Positions 18,052-28,606 are shown, numbered from the stretch's first letter. The stretch: DNA of 64,000 nucleotides from Spirochaetales bacterium (GCA_037142615.1 JBAXAI010000006.1:32001-96000), one strand, 5' to 3'. Translations and numbers: made by a program. Notes: generated by a model from the sequence alone, not told the origin.

Positions 18052-19941
18052 TTACGTCTTCAGGGCAGCAACCCGGACTTCAAGGTCGCGGCCTTGCTCG
18101 TACGAAGCCGCTTCTTCTCTTTCGAGCTGGGCCATGTTCCGGTCGAGGACTTCCACGGTGGACTCAATCTGCCTTAGTTCGTCCAGGGCAGTTTGACCCA
18201 GGGTGACCGTTTCGGCCAGAACCGCCTCGATCTCGTGCACGAGCAGCCCCGACTGGGCCGTTTCGGACTGCAGGACCCGGCTTCCTCCAACCACGGCATC
18301 GAGCTCCGAGGTGGCCTGCCGGCTGGTGGAAGCCGAATCGGCGAGGCGCCTTTCGAGAACCTCGAGCATCCCGGTGACCGTAGCCACCGAAGAGACCAGC
18401 GAGCGGATGCTCTGGGTGGTGCGGTCGGCCGAGACCCTCGCATCGACAAGCAGAGTCGTTACCTCTTGAATATTGGCCGTGATCTTGACCGCGCTGGTGC
18501 GGGACCCTTCGGCAAGTTTTCGGATTTCGGTGGCAACAACCGAGAAACCCCGGCCCGCCGAGCCCGCATGCGCCGCTTCGATCGACGCGTTCATCGCAAG
18601 CAGATTGGTCTGATCGCCCAAGTTTTGGATCACTTGAACAGCTTCCTGGATCACCTCGGTCGAGGCTCCCACCTTGCGGATCACGTCGAGGAGGTGATCG
18701 AGATCCCCCTCGCCGGTGGCGGCCAACGAGCGCATGGCGGTGCCGTCGTTCGCACCGGTCTGCGCTTCTTGGGCCAGAGTCCTGAGCGTTGCAGCCAGTT
18801 CCTGCACGGTTGCCCCGCTGGTACCCACTTTTTCGGCCTGGGCATTCACCTGGGCAACTGTCTGGTCGAGAAACACCGCGATGGACCTTCCGGACTCACT
18901 GGCGAGTACCAGCTTGCCCTGCAGGGTGCCAAACTCGGTCGACAACTTGCGGGACCTCTCCCGAAGCGCAGCCAGCTGTTCATGATTGGTTTCCCCGGCC
19001 TGTCGAAGGTTGGCATGCGAGTCCGAATTGCGCTTGACGTTAGCTTTGATCTCCGAGACCAACTGGGCGAGGCTCCCCAAAAACACGTTGAAGTCCGACG
19101 CAAGGTAACCCAACTCGTCGCGGGCGGGACTTTGAGCGATTCTGGTGAGGTCGGCCTTGCCTGCACGGAAGTCAGCGAAGAGTGCTTTGAGCGTGCCACT
19201 GAGGTTGCGAACCGGTGCGGTCACTTGCCGGGCCATCAGCATCAGGTTCAGACTTGCGACAATGGCGACGACCGCTGTCGTCCACAACAGCCTAACGAAC
19301 AAGTCGTCAATGTGGACTTCTCCCTTGTGGACAGTGGCCAGCGCAACCAGCCCCATCGTGAGGGCGGCGCCCACCAGGTTGAAGACGAAGCTGATGGTCA
19401 GTTTGCCGGTCAGGCTCAGAAAACGGTGCTTCAGCGACAGAGGAATATCCGAGGCAAACTCTTCCAGTCGCATCATCATCAGAATGAGGAAAGGAATCGA
19501 GAACAGGAGGATGAGCGGGATACCCAGGAGTTCGGCGATCAGGTAGCCCCAGCCATCGAGAAAGGGGTGATCCAGGGTTTGACCCAGCAGCGCCACGTTG
19601 GGCCCTGCAACGCAATAGATCGCCATGGCGACGATGGAAAACACCGGCAGGAACGCCACGCCCTTTTGCGCGGCCTCCAGCTTTTCAGGAGAAGGCGCCT
19701 TTCGGTAGTCCTCCAGCCGGGCCAGCCGCCTTTGAGCCAGGAACAAGATGGCCCCGATAAACACAGCGCAATACGCCCAGATGTAAGGCGTGAGGATGAT
19801 CTTCGTCAGAAGTTGCTCGAAGTTCCAGACCCCGACGAGAAGTCCACCGACCATCCAGAGCGCCGGCGGCCCCAGGAAGGCCAAGGTAAGCCAAGTGAGG
19901 ACCTGCAACGCTGTTGCGGGTTTGGGTTCGGAACTTTTCAT
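18052..19941 (-). CDS. Methyl-accepting chemotaxis protein with 6-TM sensor and HAMP domain
   Basis: Signalling hairpin [35 protein letters not shown]; HAMP '[12 protein letters not shown]'; six hydrophobic helices. Confidence 0.92.
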   Translation of the reverse strand: MKSSEPKPATALQVLTWLTLAFLGPPALWMVGGLLVGVWNFEQLLTKIILTPYIWAYCAVFIGAILFLAQRRLARLEDYRKAPSPEKLEAAQKGVAFLPVFSIVAMAIYCVAGPNVALLGQTLDHPFLDGWGYLIAELLGIPLILLFSIPFLILMMMRLEEFASDIPLSLKHRFLSLTGKLTISFVFNLVGAALTMGLVALATVHKGEVHIDDLFVRLLWTTAVVAIVASLNLMLMARQVTAPVRNLSGTLKALFADFRAGKADLTRIAQSPARDELGYLASDFNVFLGSLAQLVSEIKANVKRNSDSHANLRQAGETNHEQLAALRERSRKLSTEFGTLQGKLVLASESGRSIAVFLDQTVAQVNAQAEKVGTSGATVQELAATLRTLAQEAQTGANDGTAMRSLAATGEGDLDHLLDVIRKVGASTEVIQEAVQVIQNLGDQTNLLAMNASIEAAHAGSAGRGFSVVATEIRKLAEGSRTSAVKITANIQEVTTLLVDARVSADRTTQSIRSLVSSVATVTGMLEVLERRLADSASTSRQATSELDAVVGGSRVLQSETAQSGLLVHEIEAVLAETVTLGQTALDELRQIESTVEVLDRNMAQLEREEAASYEQGRDLEVRVAALKT

Positions 19942-20016
19942 CGATGAAACTCCTGCTACGACAAGCATCGTAGAGGCTTTGTCCGGCCGCAAGCCCCACC
20001 CAAGGCCCTGCCTGAA

Positions 20017-20739
20017 TCAGGCCCGGGCCGGCCAAGCCGCCTTGCGTTCGGCGACGAACGCCTCAAAACGCTCGAGCGTCGCGTTGATCACCAGCGCTTC
20101 GGACGCGCCCACGGTGTCGAGGAGTTCGAGGGCCGTGGTGAAGTTGCCGACATCGCCATGGAAGTGCGCGTCGCTTCCGACCACCATGCGGGTGCCGGTC
20201 TGGGCACACAGGCGGGCGATGGCAAGGCAGTTGTCGTAGCACCCGTGCCGGACGACAAACGACGAGTTGTTGATCTCGAGGGCCTTGCCGTGAACCCGTG
20301 CAGCTTCGACGACGGTTTCGAAATCAATGGGAAACGCCGGGTTGCCCGGGTGCGAGATGGCGGCCGTCCAGGGGTTGGCGAGGGCGGCCACCAGGGTGGC
20401 GGTATTCTCGGCCCGCGAGCGGGGGGCGAAGCTCACGTCGTGAAAGCCCGCAAGGATGAAGTCCAGCCGAGCCAACTCGCCGCCAAGGTCGAGCTCGCCG
20501 CCCGCCAGGATGTTGGCCTCGATGCCCTTGAAAAAGCGCACGCCGCGCAACGTCGAGGGAATAACGCGCAAATTGCCAAAGTGCCACGGATGCGACTCGC
20601 CGGGCATGGAGGGTCCGTGGTCGGTGAGTACGAAGCCCGCCAAGCCGCGCTCGAAGGCGGCCTGCGCCAGTTCAGTGACGGTGGAATAGGCGTGGCTCGA
20701 GGCTACGGAATGGGTGTGCGTGTCGACGGCGATGCGCAT
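20017..20739 (-). CDS. PHP-family phosphatase (YcdX-like)
   Basis: DTHTHS..HAYST, TDHGP, GIEAN, SHPGNP, EINNSS, GSDAH. Confidence 0.9.
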   Translation of the reverse strand: MRIAVDTHTHSVASSHAYSTVTELAQAAFERGLAGFVLTDHGPSMPGESHPWHFGNLRVIPSTLRGVRFFKGIEANILAGGELDLGGELARLDFILAGFHDVSFAPRSRAENTATLVAALANPWTAAISHPGNPAFPIDFETVVEAARVHGKALEINNSSFVVRHGCYDNCLAIARLCAQTGTRMVVGSDAHFHGDVGNFTTALELLDTVGASEALVINATLERFEAFVAERKAAWPARA

Positions 20740-20742
20740 GGC

Positions 20743-21390
20743 TTACAGACCCCACCAAAGCGCCAACTGCTCGAAGTCGTCGACGGCGTGGACGCAGCCG
20801 GCCGCCAGCAATTCGGCTGCGGTGTACGACGTTGTCAGGCCCACGACGGCGGCCCCGGCGGCCCGTGCGCCCTGCACGCCGCCCAGCGTGTCCTCGACCA
20901 CCACGGCGTGGAGCGGGGCCACGCCCAACTTGGCCAGCGTGGCCAGAAACACCTCGGGGTCGGGCTTCCCCCGCGAAACCTGATGGCCGCCGGTCACGGC
21001 ATCGAAGGCAGTGGCCAGACCGAGGCCGCCAAGCGTGTAGTCGATGTTGGTCTGGTCGCCCATGGTCGCCAAGCCCAGCTTGAGACCCGAGCGCCGCAGC
21101 GCATCCAACAGGGCGCTCAGGCCCCGCACCTCGCTCAGGTGGGGACGGTACAGCTCGCGGTAGGTGGTCTCCTTGAGCTGACCGACCCGCAGCACCTCGT
21201 CGGCGGGGGTGTCCTGGCCCAAAAAGGCGCGCACCACTTCCTCGAGGCTGCCATGATTTTGCGACTTGATGCGTTCGGCGCTCAGCGGCCGCCCAACACG
21301 CTCGAGCACCACCTGCCACGCTTGCAGGTGGTACGGGATGTTATCGACCAACGTCCCGTCCATGTCGAAGACGACCGCTTGAGGAAGCAC
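20743..21390 (-). CDS. HAD-superfamily sugar-phosphate phosphatase (beta-PGM/YniC-like)
   Basis: FDMDGTLVD, GKPDPEVF, VEDTLGGV motifs. Confidence 0.9.
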   Translation of the reverse strand: MLPQAVVFDMDGTLVDNIPYHLQAWQVVLERVGRPLSAERIKSQNHGSLEEVVRAFLGQDTPADEVLRVGQLKETTYRELYRPHLSEVRGLSALLDALRRSGLKLGLATMGDQTNIDYTLGGLGLATAFDAVTGGHQVSRGKPDPEVFLATLAKLGVAPLHAVVVEDTLGGVQGARAAGAAVVGLTTSYTAAELLAAGCVHAVDDFEQLALWWGL

Positions 21391-21402
21391 GCGAATCAGA
21401 AC

Positions 21403-22392
21403 CTACACCAGTTCGCGCTTGCGCTTTTGTGTGTAGCTGTCGAGCCACAAAATGGCCACAATGACAGTTCCCTTGAGCATCATCTGGTACCACGACGGGA
21501 TGTTGAGCACGTTCATCGCGTTGTCGAGCAAGCCGAACAGCAGCAGGCCCAGCACCGACTGCCAGATGCCGCCCACGCCACCGGCGAACGACGTGCCGCC
21601 CACGACGACACCGCAGTTGACTACCAGCGCGGTGAAGTCACCGTAGATGGCCGAGCCGGTGTTGAGCTTCGACGAAAGGAGCACGCCGCCCAAAGCCGCC
21701 ATGGTGCCACTGATGACCAGCGTCATCCACTTGTTCTTGATGACGTCGATACCCGAGTACCGCGCCACGTCGTAGTCGCCGCCGATGGCGTAGAGGTTGC
21801 GACCAAACGCCGTGTACCGGATCAACCACGCGAAGAAGATGAAGCACACGACCATGATGATCACGAGGTTGGGGATGCCCGGAAAGTGCCCCGGGGTGAA
21901 TTGCCCGTCGCCCAACTGGTAGCCGTTGGCGATGTTCATGAAGTCGGGGTTGCTGGCGGGCACGGGGTGCGCGTCCGACAATTGCTGGGCCACGCCTGTG
22001 AGCAACAGGCCTACGCCGAGAGTGATGATGAACGGCTCGGTCTTCTGTTGCACCACGAGGAACCCGTTCACAAAGCCCACCAAGGTGCCAAACAGAACGG
22101 CCACCAAGAGGGCCAGCGGCATGGGCATGAAGTCCTGCAGCTTGATCGACAAGATGCCCGAAACCACTAAAATGCCGCCGATGGACAGGTCGCAACCGCC
22201 GGCAATGATGGTGAGGGTGACGCCCAAGCCCAGGATGACAAGGATGGTGGACGAATTGAGCATGTCGAGCAGGTTGTAGGAACTGAAGAAAATGCGACTG
22301 GGGTCGCCCCCGGCGAGGATCATGACAACCACGATCACCGCGATGGCCACCAGCGCCTTTTGCTGCGTGAAAAGACGATAGACTCTGTTCAT
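21403..22392 (-). CDS. Monosaccharide ABC transporter permease (RbsC family)
   Basis: GGCDLSIG, PFIITLG, FGRNLYAIGG, VVGGTSFAGG; ATG 22392. Confidence 0.9.
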   Translation of the reverse strand: MNRVYRLFTQQKALVAIAVIVVVMILAGGDPSRIFFSSYNLLDMLNSSTILVILGLGVTLTIIAGGCDLSIGGILVVSGILSIKLQDFMPMPLALLVAVLFGTLVGFVNGFLVVQQKTEPFIITLGVGLLLTGVAQQLSDAHPVPASNPDFMNIANGYQLGDGQFTPGHFPGIPNLVIIMVVCFIFFAWLIRYTAFGRNLYAIGGDYDVARYSGIDVIKNKWMTLVISGTMAALGGVLLSSKLNTGSAIYGDFTALVVNCGVVVGGTSFAGGVGGIWQSVLGLLLFGLLDNAMNVLNIPSWYQMMLKGTVIVAILWLDSYTQKRKRELV

Positions 22393-23357
22393 AGCTGGTT
22401 CCCCTGCACTTCTTTGCGGTTGTCGAGCCAGATGGCGAAGACGAGGATGGCGCCGCGCGCGGCCCACTGCATGTACGAAGACACGCCCAAGAGGTTCAGA
22501 CAGTTGTTCAGAAGGATGACCAGCAGAACGCCCATGACGGTGCGCAACACGCTGCCCTTGCCACCCTTGAGCGTGGTGCCGCCCACCACGACGGCCAGAA
22601 TCGCGTTCGTCTCGAAGCCGGCGCCAATGACCGGAGCGGCCGTCGTGATTCGGCTGAACAACACGATGGCGCCCATGGCCGCCATGAAGCCGGCAATGGT
22701 GTAGATGAGCACAATGGAGCGGTTGGTGGGTACACCCGACAGACGCGCCGCCGTTTTGTTACCACCTGTGAGCGAGATGGCCCGGCCCGCAGCCGTCTTG
22801 GTGTGGAACACCCACAGCACCGCGAGCGCAAACAGGAAGATGACAAACGAAATGGAAAGGGGTCCCAGGCTCCCGGCACCGATAGCCTCGAAGATGTCCG
22901 GCGGTGCTTTGAGGTCCCAAAAGTGGAACGTAGACCCGCCCGAATAGATGAGCGCCACCGACGAGTACACGGTGCTCATACCGAAGGTGATGAATAACGC
23001 CTCGGCTTGTGTGGTGGCACCGCCGGTCAGGATGAGCACCGCGTTGAGCGCGCCGCAGATGCTGCCGAGCACCAGACCGGTGGCCAAAGCCCCCACCTGA
23101 CCCAGTGGATCAATCAGCGAAATCGTCACCACGGCGACCAGGTTGATGGTGCCGGCCACCGAAAGGTCGATGAACCCGCCGACGATGACGAAGGTCATGC
23201 CCAGCGACACCAAGATGAGCGGACCAAACTGCCGCATGATGTTCACCAGGTTGGCCGGCGAAATGAACTTCGGCTGGATGATGGCCGTGACCAACGCCAG
23301 CCCGAGGATCATGACGAACACGAGGTAGTCTTTGAGAAAGGAACCGATCTTGTTCAT
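22389..23357 (-). CDS. Monosaccharide ABC transporter permease (RbsC family)
   Basis: GMTFVIVGGFIDLSV, GGNKTAARLSGV, AVVVGGTTLKGG; ATG 23357. Confidence 0.9.
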   Translation of the reverse strand: MNKIGSFLKDYLVFVMILGLALVTAIIQPKFISPANLVNIMRQFGPLILVSLGMTFVIVGGFIDLSVAGTINLVAVVTISLIDPLGQVGALATGLVLGSICGALNAVLILTGGATTQAEALFITFGMSTVYSSVALIYSGGSTFHFWDLKAPPDIFEAIGAGSLGPLSISFVIFLFALAVLWVFHTKTAAGRAISLTGGNKTAARLSGVPTNRSIVLIYTIAGFMAAMGAIVLFSRITTAAPVIGAGFETNAILAVVVGGTTLKGGKGSVLRTVMGVLLVILLNNCLNLLGVSSYMQWAARGAILVFAIWLDNRKEVQGNQL

Positions 23358-24853
23358 GAAGCGTCTCCGGCTAGGCCCAGTGCGGCCCGCATGATGATGT
23401 CCGCCGGAACGTGCTCGGGTTCGAACTCGCCGGTGATATGGCCGTCGTAGATCGTGAGCACGCGGTTGCTCATGTTGAGCACTTCGGGCAGTTCGGACGA
23501 AATGAGAATGACCGCACCCCCCTTCTCGGCGATTTCTTTCATCAGCACGTAGATTTCGTACTTGGCGCCGACGTCGATTCCCTTGGTCGGTTCGTCCATG
23601 ATGAAGATACTGGGCCCGATTTCGAGCCACCGGCCCACGATGCACTTCTGCTGATTACCACCCGACAGGTTCTTGATGGCCACCCTGGTGTTGGGAGTCT
23701 TGACGCGCAGCGATTGAACCTGCCGCGCGCCGATGCCCCTTTCGAGTGACTTGCGGATGAACCCGAACCGCGTGAAGCGTTCGAGCGAGGCCATCGAGAT
23801 GTTTTGCTCCACCGAGAAGGGCAACACGAGGCCCTGCAGCTTTCGGTCCTCGGGGATGAGCCCAAGCCCGGCATCTTTGGCTTGCTTGGGGTTGTGGATG
23901 GTCACGGGCTTGCCGTTGATGGTGGTGGTGTGGCCTCGGACCCGGTCTGCGCCGAAAATGGCGCGCACGATTTCGGTGCGACCGGCGCCCACGAGGCCCA
24001 CGAGGCCGAGAATCTCGCCCTTGCGAAGTCGGAAGTTGACGTCGTGCAACTTGCGGGTATTGAGCCCCTTCACTTCCATGAGGGTTTCCCCCACGTTGCG
24101 CGAACGCTGCGGGTACTCGTTCTCGATGGTACGTCCGACCATCTTGGTGATGAGCTCGTCGCGGGTGAACTCGCTCTTGGGTTTGGTGTCGATGACATTG
24201 CCGTCGCGCATGACCGTGACGATGTCGCAGAAGTCAAAGATTTCTTCCAGTTTATGGCTGATGTAGATGATGGAGATGCCGCGGGCTTTGAGCTGGTGGA
24301 TGATTTTGACCAGCAGGGTCATTTCCTCGTTGGTCAGGCTCGTGCTGGGCTCATCCATGATGATGAGCTTGGACTGGAACGAGAGCGCCTTGGAAATCTC
24401 GACCATCTGCTTGGTCGAGACGCTCAGTTCTGAAACGAGCTTGGTCGTACTGACCTTGCAGCCGATGCTGTCGAGCAACTCGCGGGCCTTGGCGTGGGTG
24501 CCGCGCATGCCTTTCATTTCTTTGAAACGGCCGAGGAAGATGTTCTCGCCGACGCTCATGGCGCTCACCAGGTTGAGTTCCTGGTAGATGATGGCCAAGC
24601 CCCGGTGCATGGACTCGTGGGGGGTTGTGGTTTCGATGGTCTGGCCATCGAAAATGATGGTCCCGGTGTCTTTTTTGTAGACGCCGGAGAGGATTTTCAT
24701 TAGGGTGGATTTGCCGGCACCATTTTCGCCGACCACGCCGTGTACGGTGCCGCGCTGAACATCAATGGAGACGCCGTTTAGGGCCCGGACGCCCGGGAAT
24801 GACTTGGTGACGTCCCTGATGGACAAAATGTAATCGGTGGTTGGTGTGTCCAT
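23354..24853 (-). CDS. Monosaccharide ABC transporter ATP-binding protein (RbsA/MglA type)
   Basis: GENGAGKST, two ABC domains, LSGGNQQK, DEPTKGIDVGAK. Confidence 0.95.
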   Translation of the reverse strand: MDTPTTDYILSIRDVTKSFPGVRALNGVSIDVQRGTVHGVVGENGAGKSTLMKILSGVYKKDTGTIIFDGQTIETTTPHESMHRGLAIIYQELNLVSAMSVGENIFLGRFKEMKGMRGTHAKARELLDSIGCKVSTTKLVSELSVSTKQMVEISKALSFQSKLIIMDEPSTSLTNEEMTLLVKIIHQLKARGISIIYISHKLEEIFDFCDIVTVMRDGNVIDTKPKSEFTRDELITKMVGRTIENEYPQRSRNVGETLMEVKGLNTRKLHDVNFRLRKGEILGLVGLVGAGRTEIVRAIFGADRVRGHTTTINGKPVTIHNPKQAKDAGLGLIPEDRKLQGLVLPFSVEQNISMASLERFTRFGFIRKSLERGIGARQVQSLRVKTPNTRVAIKNLSGGNQQKCIVGRWLEIGPSIFIMDEPTKGIDVGAKYEIYVLMKEIAEKGGAVILISSELPEVLNMSNRVLTIYDGHITGEFEPEHVPADIIMRAALGLAGDAS

Positions 24854-24883
24854 AAGTCCTTACCTGCAGTGGATTCGATACCG

Positions 24884-24921
24884 AAAAAGAAGGCCCGCCC
24901 CACCTTGCGGCGGAACGGGCC
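24884..24921 (-). terminator. Hairpin plus U-tract after the substrate-binding gene
   Basis: GGCCCGTTCCGCC-GCAA-GGTGGGGCGGGCC followed by TTCTTTTT on the minus strand. Confidence 0.7.
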
Positions 24922-24937
24922 CGGTCTCAACGACCTT

Positions 24938-25879
24938 CTACCACTGGGGCAGCGGGTAGTTGTTGACGGTGGTCTTGTCGTAGATGATCTGGGGGATGAC
25001 GTTGAAGGGAGTAACCTTCTTGCCAGCCAGAACATCCTTGGCGAGGCTCAGTTCCTTCTTCGCCATGGCGGTGAAGTCCTGAGCAATCGACACGGCCTGA
25101 TCGCCGCTCTTGACCTGAACGTAGCCGGCCTTGTTGCCGTCAACGCCCACGATGAACAGGTTCTTCAACCCGGCAGCCTTGGCAGCCTGGATGACGCCCG
25201 TGGCACCGTTGTCCCAATGCACGAACACGCCTTGGATCTTGTCACCGTACTTGACGATGTCGTCTTCCATGATGGCCTGAGCTTGGTCGGTCGCCCACTG
25301 CTGGCAAGCCTTGAAGTCCAGAACGGTGATCTTCGAGCCCTTGATGCCCTTGTCGCCGTTGAAGCCGTCGTGGCGGCTCAGCTGAGCGTTGTGGCCGGCC
25401 TGACCGCCGATTTCGACAATCGTGGCACCCTTGGGGAAGGCCTTGATCATCTGCTGAGCGGCCAGCTGACCACCGAGCACGTCGTCGCTCGAAGCGGCAA
25501 AGTCACGGTATTGCACGTCGGTGCCGACGAGTTCAGACGAGAACATACCGACGACGACCTTGGCATCGTGAGCCTTCTTGAGGGCGGGGACGATGGCATG
25601 GATGTCGTTCGGGTTGACGAAGATCGCCTTGAAGCCCTGGGCGATACAAGTCGTCACGATCTGCGATTCGGCCTGGGTATCACCCTTGGCGTCGAACGTG
25701 GATACGTCGAAACCGTAGTCAGGACCATACTTGACGAATTCCTTCGCCGAGAAGGCCTGCGACTCATTGGCCTGATTGGACACAATGAACGCGACTTTGA
25801 CGTTAGCAGCCGACGCGCCCATTGCGAGTCCAACCATCAGCACGAGCCCGATAGCCAATGCCTTGGAAAACCTTACCAT
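24938..25879 (-). CDS. Monosaccharide ABC transporter substrate-binding protein (RbsB-like)
   Basis: Signal peptide (ASA-A), periplasmic-binding-protein type I motifs (R..GF, IVGVDG); GGAGG RBS. Confidence 0.9.
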   Translation of the reverse strand: MVRFSKALAIGLVLMVGLAMGASAANVKVAFIVSNQANESQAFSAKEFVKYGPDYGFDVSTFDAKGDTQAESQIVTTCIAQGFKAIFVNPNDIHAIVPALKKAHDAKVVVGMFSSELVGTDVQYRDFAASSDDVLGGQLAAQQMIKAFPKGATIVEIGGQAGHNAQLSRHDGFNGDKGIKGSKITVLDFKACQQWATDQAQAIMEDDIVKYGDKIQGVFVHWDNGATGVIQAAKAAGLKNLFIVGVDGNKAGYVQVKSGDQAVSIAQDFTAMAKKELSLAKDVLAGKKVTPFNVIPQIIYDKTTVNNYPLPQW

Positions 25880-25957
25880 AGAATACCTCCATGAAAACAT
25901 TCAGCGAAGCACAAAAGCGCCCGCAATTCTCTAGATCCTCAGCCCAAAACAGTCACA

Positions 25958-25984
25958 TGTCAACAACATTCTTTCATAAGAAAG
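25958..25984 (-). promoter_or_regulatory. -35 TTGACA with upstream CTTTCATAAGAAAG box (putative DeoR site)
   Basis: 14-bp near-palindrome 7 bp from the -35, same geometry as at 36349 and 42204. Confidence 0.55.
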
Positions 25985-26027
25985 CCAAATCACTTCACAC
26001 GCGTGAAATCTGAATCCACTTTGGGTT

Positions 26028-27599
26028 CTACAACGCCTTTAGGTGGTCGGCCAAGCGGAGTGCCAAGGCCACGATGGTGAGGGTTGGATTCGTGAACCCG
26101 CTGGTAGGGAATTGTCCGCACCCGGCTGTGTAGAGGTTATCTACACTGTAGAACCGCGAGTCAACATTCACAAGACCTTCTTCGGAAGTTGCTCCCATTC
26201 GCAGGGCGCCCATGTGGTGGTCGCCGGTGGCGAGCGCGGTCTCGGCGCGGCCAAAGGTCCACTCGTCGGCACCACCGCGAAGATCGCACAGCAGTTGAAA
26301 GTCAGAGGCCCCGTGGCGCGTCAGGTAGTGACCGGCGAGGTCGAGGGCACGGACGGCCGTCTTTTTATCTTCATCGGCGAGGCGCCAGTCCAAATGCGTG
26401 GTGGGCTGCCCGAACACCGGATCGACCTCGGTTGCGCTCAGGGTGAGCCGGCTGTCTTCGTTGGGCACCTGTTCCCAATTGAGGTTGAGCTCGGCCTTGT
26501 CGCCTTCGGGGTTAAAGCGGACGATGACCCGGAAGTTGCCGATCTTTTCGGCGTCGAGGGTTTCGGGCTTGGGCGCCAGCACACCCCAGGCATTGAACAC
26601 GTGGTGCTTGAACAGCAACCGCGGGTCGACCAGCGGCGCCGTGTCGTGAACGTAGGGCCCTCCCGGCGTTTCGGGACTGCGCAAACGCACTTGCTGGTCG
26701 CGGTACAGATTGCGGATCTCGGCGGGCACGGGTTGGGCAAAAGTCACTTTGGCGGCGGTGGTGATTAACGGGTGCACCATGAACCCCCGGCCCAGGTGAT
26801 CGCGGCGGTTATTGCCCAGGTCGCCCGACAACTTGAGAACCCTCACCGTTTCGATGCCACCCAAAGCCAACACATAACGGTCTGCCTTCACGCGGAACCG
26901 ATGACCCGCCTGGCCTTTTTTGATGCTCGCACATTCCAGCGCTGTCACGTGGCCCTTGTCGGGGGTCGAGTCCAGGCGCAGCAGGTGGGCGTTGAACAGC
27001 ACGGTGACGTTGGAGGAGGCCTTGAGGTCATCGGCGACCCGCAGCTGGAAGTCGTGGTAGCGTTCCTCGTACTGCGCGTGCATGATGGCCACGCCCAGCT
27101 CGTCGCCCGGCTTGGGCGGAAAGCTCTTGCCGAATAGGGTCGTCTCCCAAAAAGGCAGGTCGTCGAAGTTGAACGGACCGTAGCGACCGTAGTCCATGGC
27201 GTCTTGGTAGTACGGAGTGAGGCTCGAAAGCGGGATCGGCCACGAGGCGTCGCGGTAGCCCGGGCGGGCGCGAAAGTCGGCGTCGTCGAGCGGGCGTGAC
27301 CAAAACCCGAAGTGGTTGGTGGTGCCGCCAAACATATGCAGCCGCGAGCGCCGCAAAAACAGCGGGTCCACTTTGGTCAAAAAATCCCCCGTGGTGCCTC
27401 CATAGATCTTTTGGCGGTAGCTGGGCGGCAGTCCCTTTTCGTCGGGAAGCCCGGCAACGAGAACAAGGACCTTTTTGGACGACCCGGCCAACCGCTTCGC
27501 CAGGGGCAAGCCAGCCGCGCCGGCGCCGACGATGCAAACGTCGTAGTCCTGCAGGGTGGAACCCGCCGGGAGTTCTTCACTCGAAAGGAACATGCTCAT
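26028..27599 (-). CDS. GMC-family flavin oxidoreductase
   Basis: DVCIVGAGAAG FAD motif, GGTTNH, HHMGALRMG, NPTLTIVALALRLADHL. Confidence 0.9.
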   Translation of the reverse strand: MSMFLSSEELPAGSTLQDYDVCIVGAGAAGLPLAKRLAGSSKKVLVLVAGLPDEKGLPPSYRQKIYGGTTGDFLTKVDPLFLRRSRLHMFGGTTNHFGFWSRPLDDADFRARPGYRDASWPIPLSSLTPYYQDAMDYGRYGPFNFDDLPFWETTLFGKSFPPKPGDELGVAIMHAQYEERYHDFQLRVADDLKASSNVTVLFNAHLLRLDSTPDKGHVTALECASIKKGQAGHRFRVKADRYVLALGGIETVRVLKLSGDLGNNRRDHLGRGFMVHPLITTAAKVTFAQPVPAEIRNLYRDQQVRLRSPETPGGPYVHDTAPLVDPRLLFKHHVFNAWGVLAPKPETLDAEKIGNFRVIVRFNPEGDKAELNLNWEQVPNEDSRLTLSATEVDPVFGQPTTHLDWRLADEDKKTAVRALDLAGHYLTRHGASDFQLLCDLRGGADEWTFGRAETALATGDHHMGALRMGATSEEGLVNVDSRFYSVDNLYTAGCGQFPTSGFTNPTLTIVALALRLADHLKAL

Positions 27600-27643
27600 A
27601 GTGTCATCGTAAGGGCATTTTCGAGCAAGCGAAACGCCCAAAG

Positions 27644-27671
27644 ACTGCCCGAAAGGTGGACAAAACTGAAC
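27644..27671 (-). promoter_or_regulatory. Putative AraC binding site upstream of the GMC gene
   Basis: GTTCAGTTTTGTCCACCTTTCGGGCAGT, 24/28 identical to the 28535 site, 60 nt upstream of -10 TACGAT. Confidence 0.7.
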
Positions 27672-27694
27672 AAGGCCCGGCTATACTGGCCGGT

Positions 27695-28519
27695 ATGAGC
27701 GGCTTTGGTTCGGCGGCCAGCCGAGAAACAGCGGATTACCTCGCGTCGCTGCGGCCCGAACGGGTCGAGGTGAAGTTCTGTGAGCGCTTCGACGGGCAGA
27801 GCCGAATCTGGAACCTCGAGAGGCATTCGCACAACGTCTTCGAGCTCCTGTATTTTTTGGATGGCGGCGCCAAGATTCACGCCGGTGATGGCGAACTGTC
27901 GGCGGGGCTGTTCGACCTGGTGCTGTACCCTCCAGGGGTGGTCCACGAAGAGCAGTTGGTTGAGGGCTTCCGCAACGAGGTCTTCTGCTTTTGGCTCGAT
28001 CTGGGCCCGACCGCTACTTTTCATCAGGGTATCACGGTGCCCGACCGGACCGGCGAGATCCGCGTGCTCGTCGAGGCCTTGTTTCAGGAAGCCATTGCCC
28101 GCCGACCGCTCGCTGCCGAGATGGTGGCCCTGTACGTGGGGGGAATCCTCACGCTGGCCCGCCGCTGGTTGGAAGAGCCGCCCAAGGACGACCAAGGGCT
28201 GGTCGCCCGGTGTTTGAGCTATATCCACGAGCACTACACTGAGGATTTTGAGGTCGAGACCATGGCGCGCGCGGTGGCCGTCAGCCCTTCGTACCTCTTC
28301 CGGTCGTTCAAAAAGAAGCTGGGAATGACCCCCATGCACTATCGCAACGAGGTACGCATCGAGAAGTCGAAGCTTCTGCTGTGCCAAAGCAACCGCCGGC
28401 TCGACCTGATTGCCCAGGAGTTGGGCATCACCGACGTGAAGTACTTTTCGTCGCTGTTCAAGCAAGTGACTGGCCAGACTCCGGGGGCCTTCCGCAAGCT
28501 CAATCGTCACTCGGAGTGA
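27695..28519 (+). CDS. AraC-family regulator with N-terminal cupin domain
   Basis: 'HSHNVFELLYFLDG' cupin; C-terminal HTH 'SPSYLFRSFKKKLG...YFSSLFKQVTGQTPGAFR'. Confidence 0.92.
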   Translation: MSGFGSAASRETADYLASLRPERVEVKFCERFDGQSRIWNLERHSHNVFELLYFLDGGAKIHAGDGELSAGLFDLVLYPPGVVHEEQLVEGFRNEVFCFWLDLGPTATFHQGITVPDRTGEIRVLVEALFQEAIARRPLAAEMVALYVGGILTLARRWLEEPPKDDQGLVARCLSYIHEHYTEDFEVETMARAVAVSPSYLFRSFKKKLGMTPMHYRNEVRIEKSKLLLCQSNRRLDLIAQELGITDVKYFSSLFKQVTGQTPGAFRKLNRHSE

Positions 28520-28534
28520 AGTGAAAAACCGGGA

Positions 28535-28562
28535 GTTCAGTTCTGCCCACCTTCCGGCCAGT
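28535..28562 (+). promoter_or_regulatory. Putative AraC binding site upstream of the pflD-like gene
   Basis: GTTCAGTTCTGCCCACCTTCCGGCCAGT, 59 nt upstream of -10 TAGTCT (28594-28599); weak -35 as expected for an activated promoter. Confidence 0.7.
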
Positions 28563-28606
28563 TCTCTGCGTTTTCATCCGGGCACGCCGGGTTTAGTCTT
28601 ATCCCT

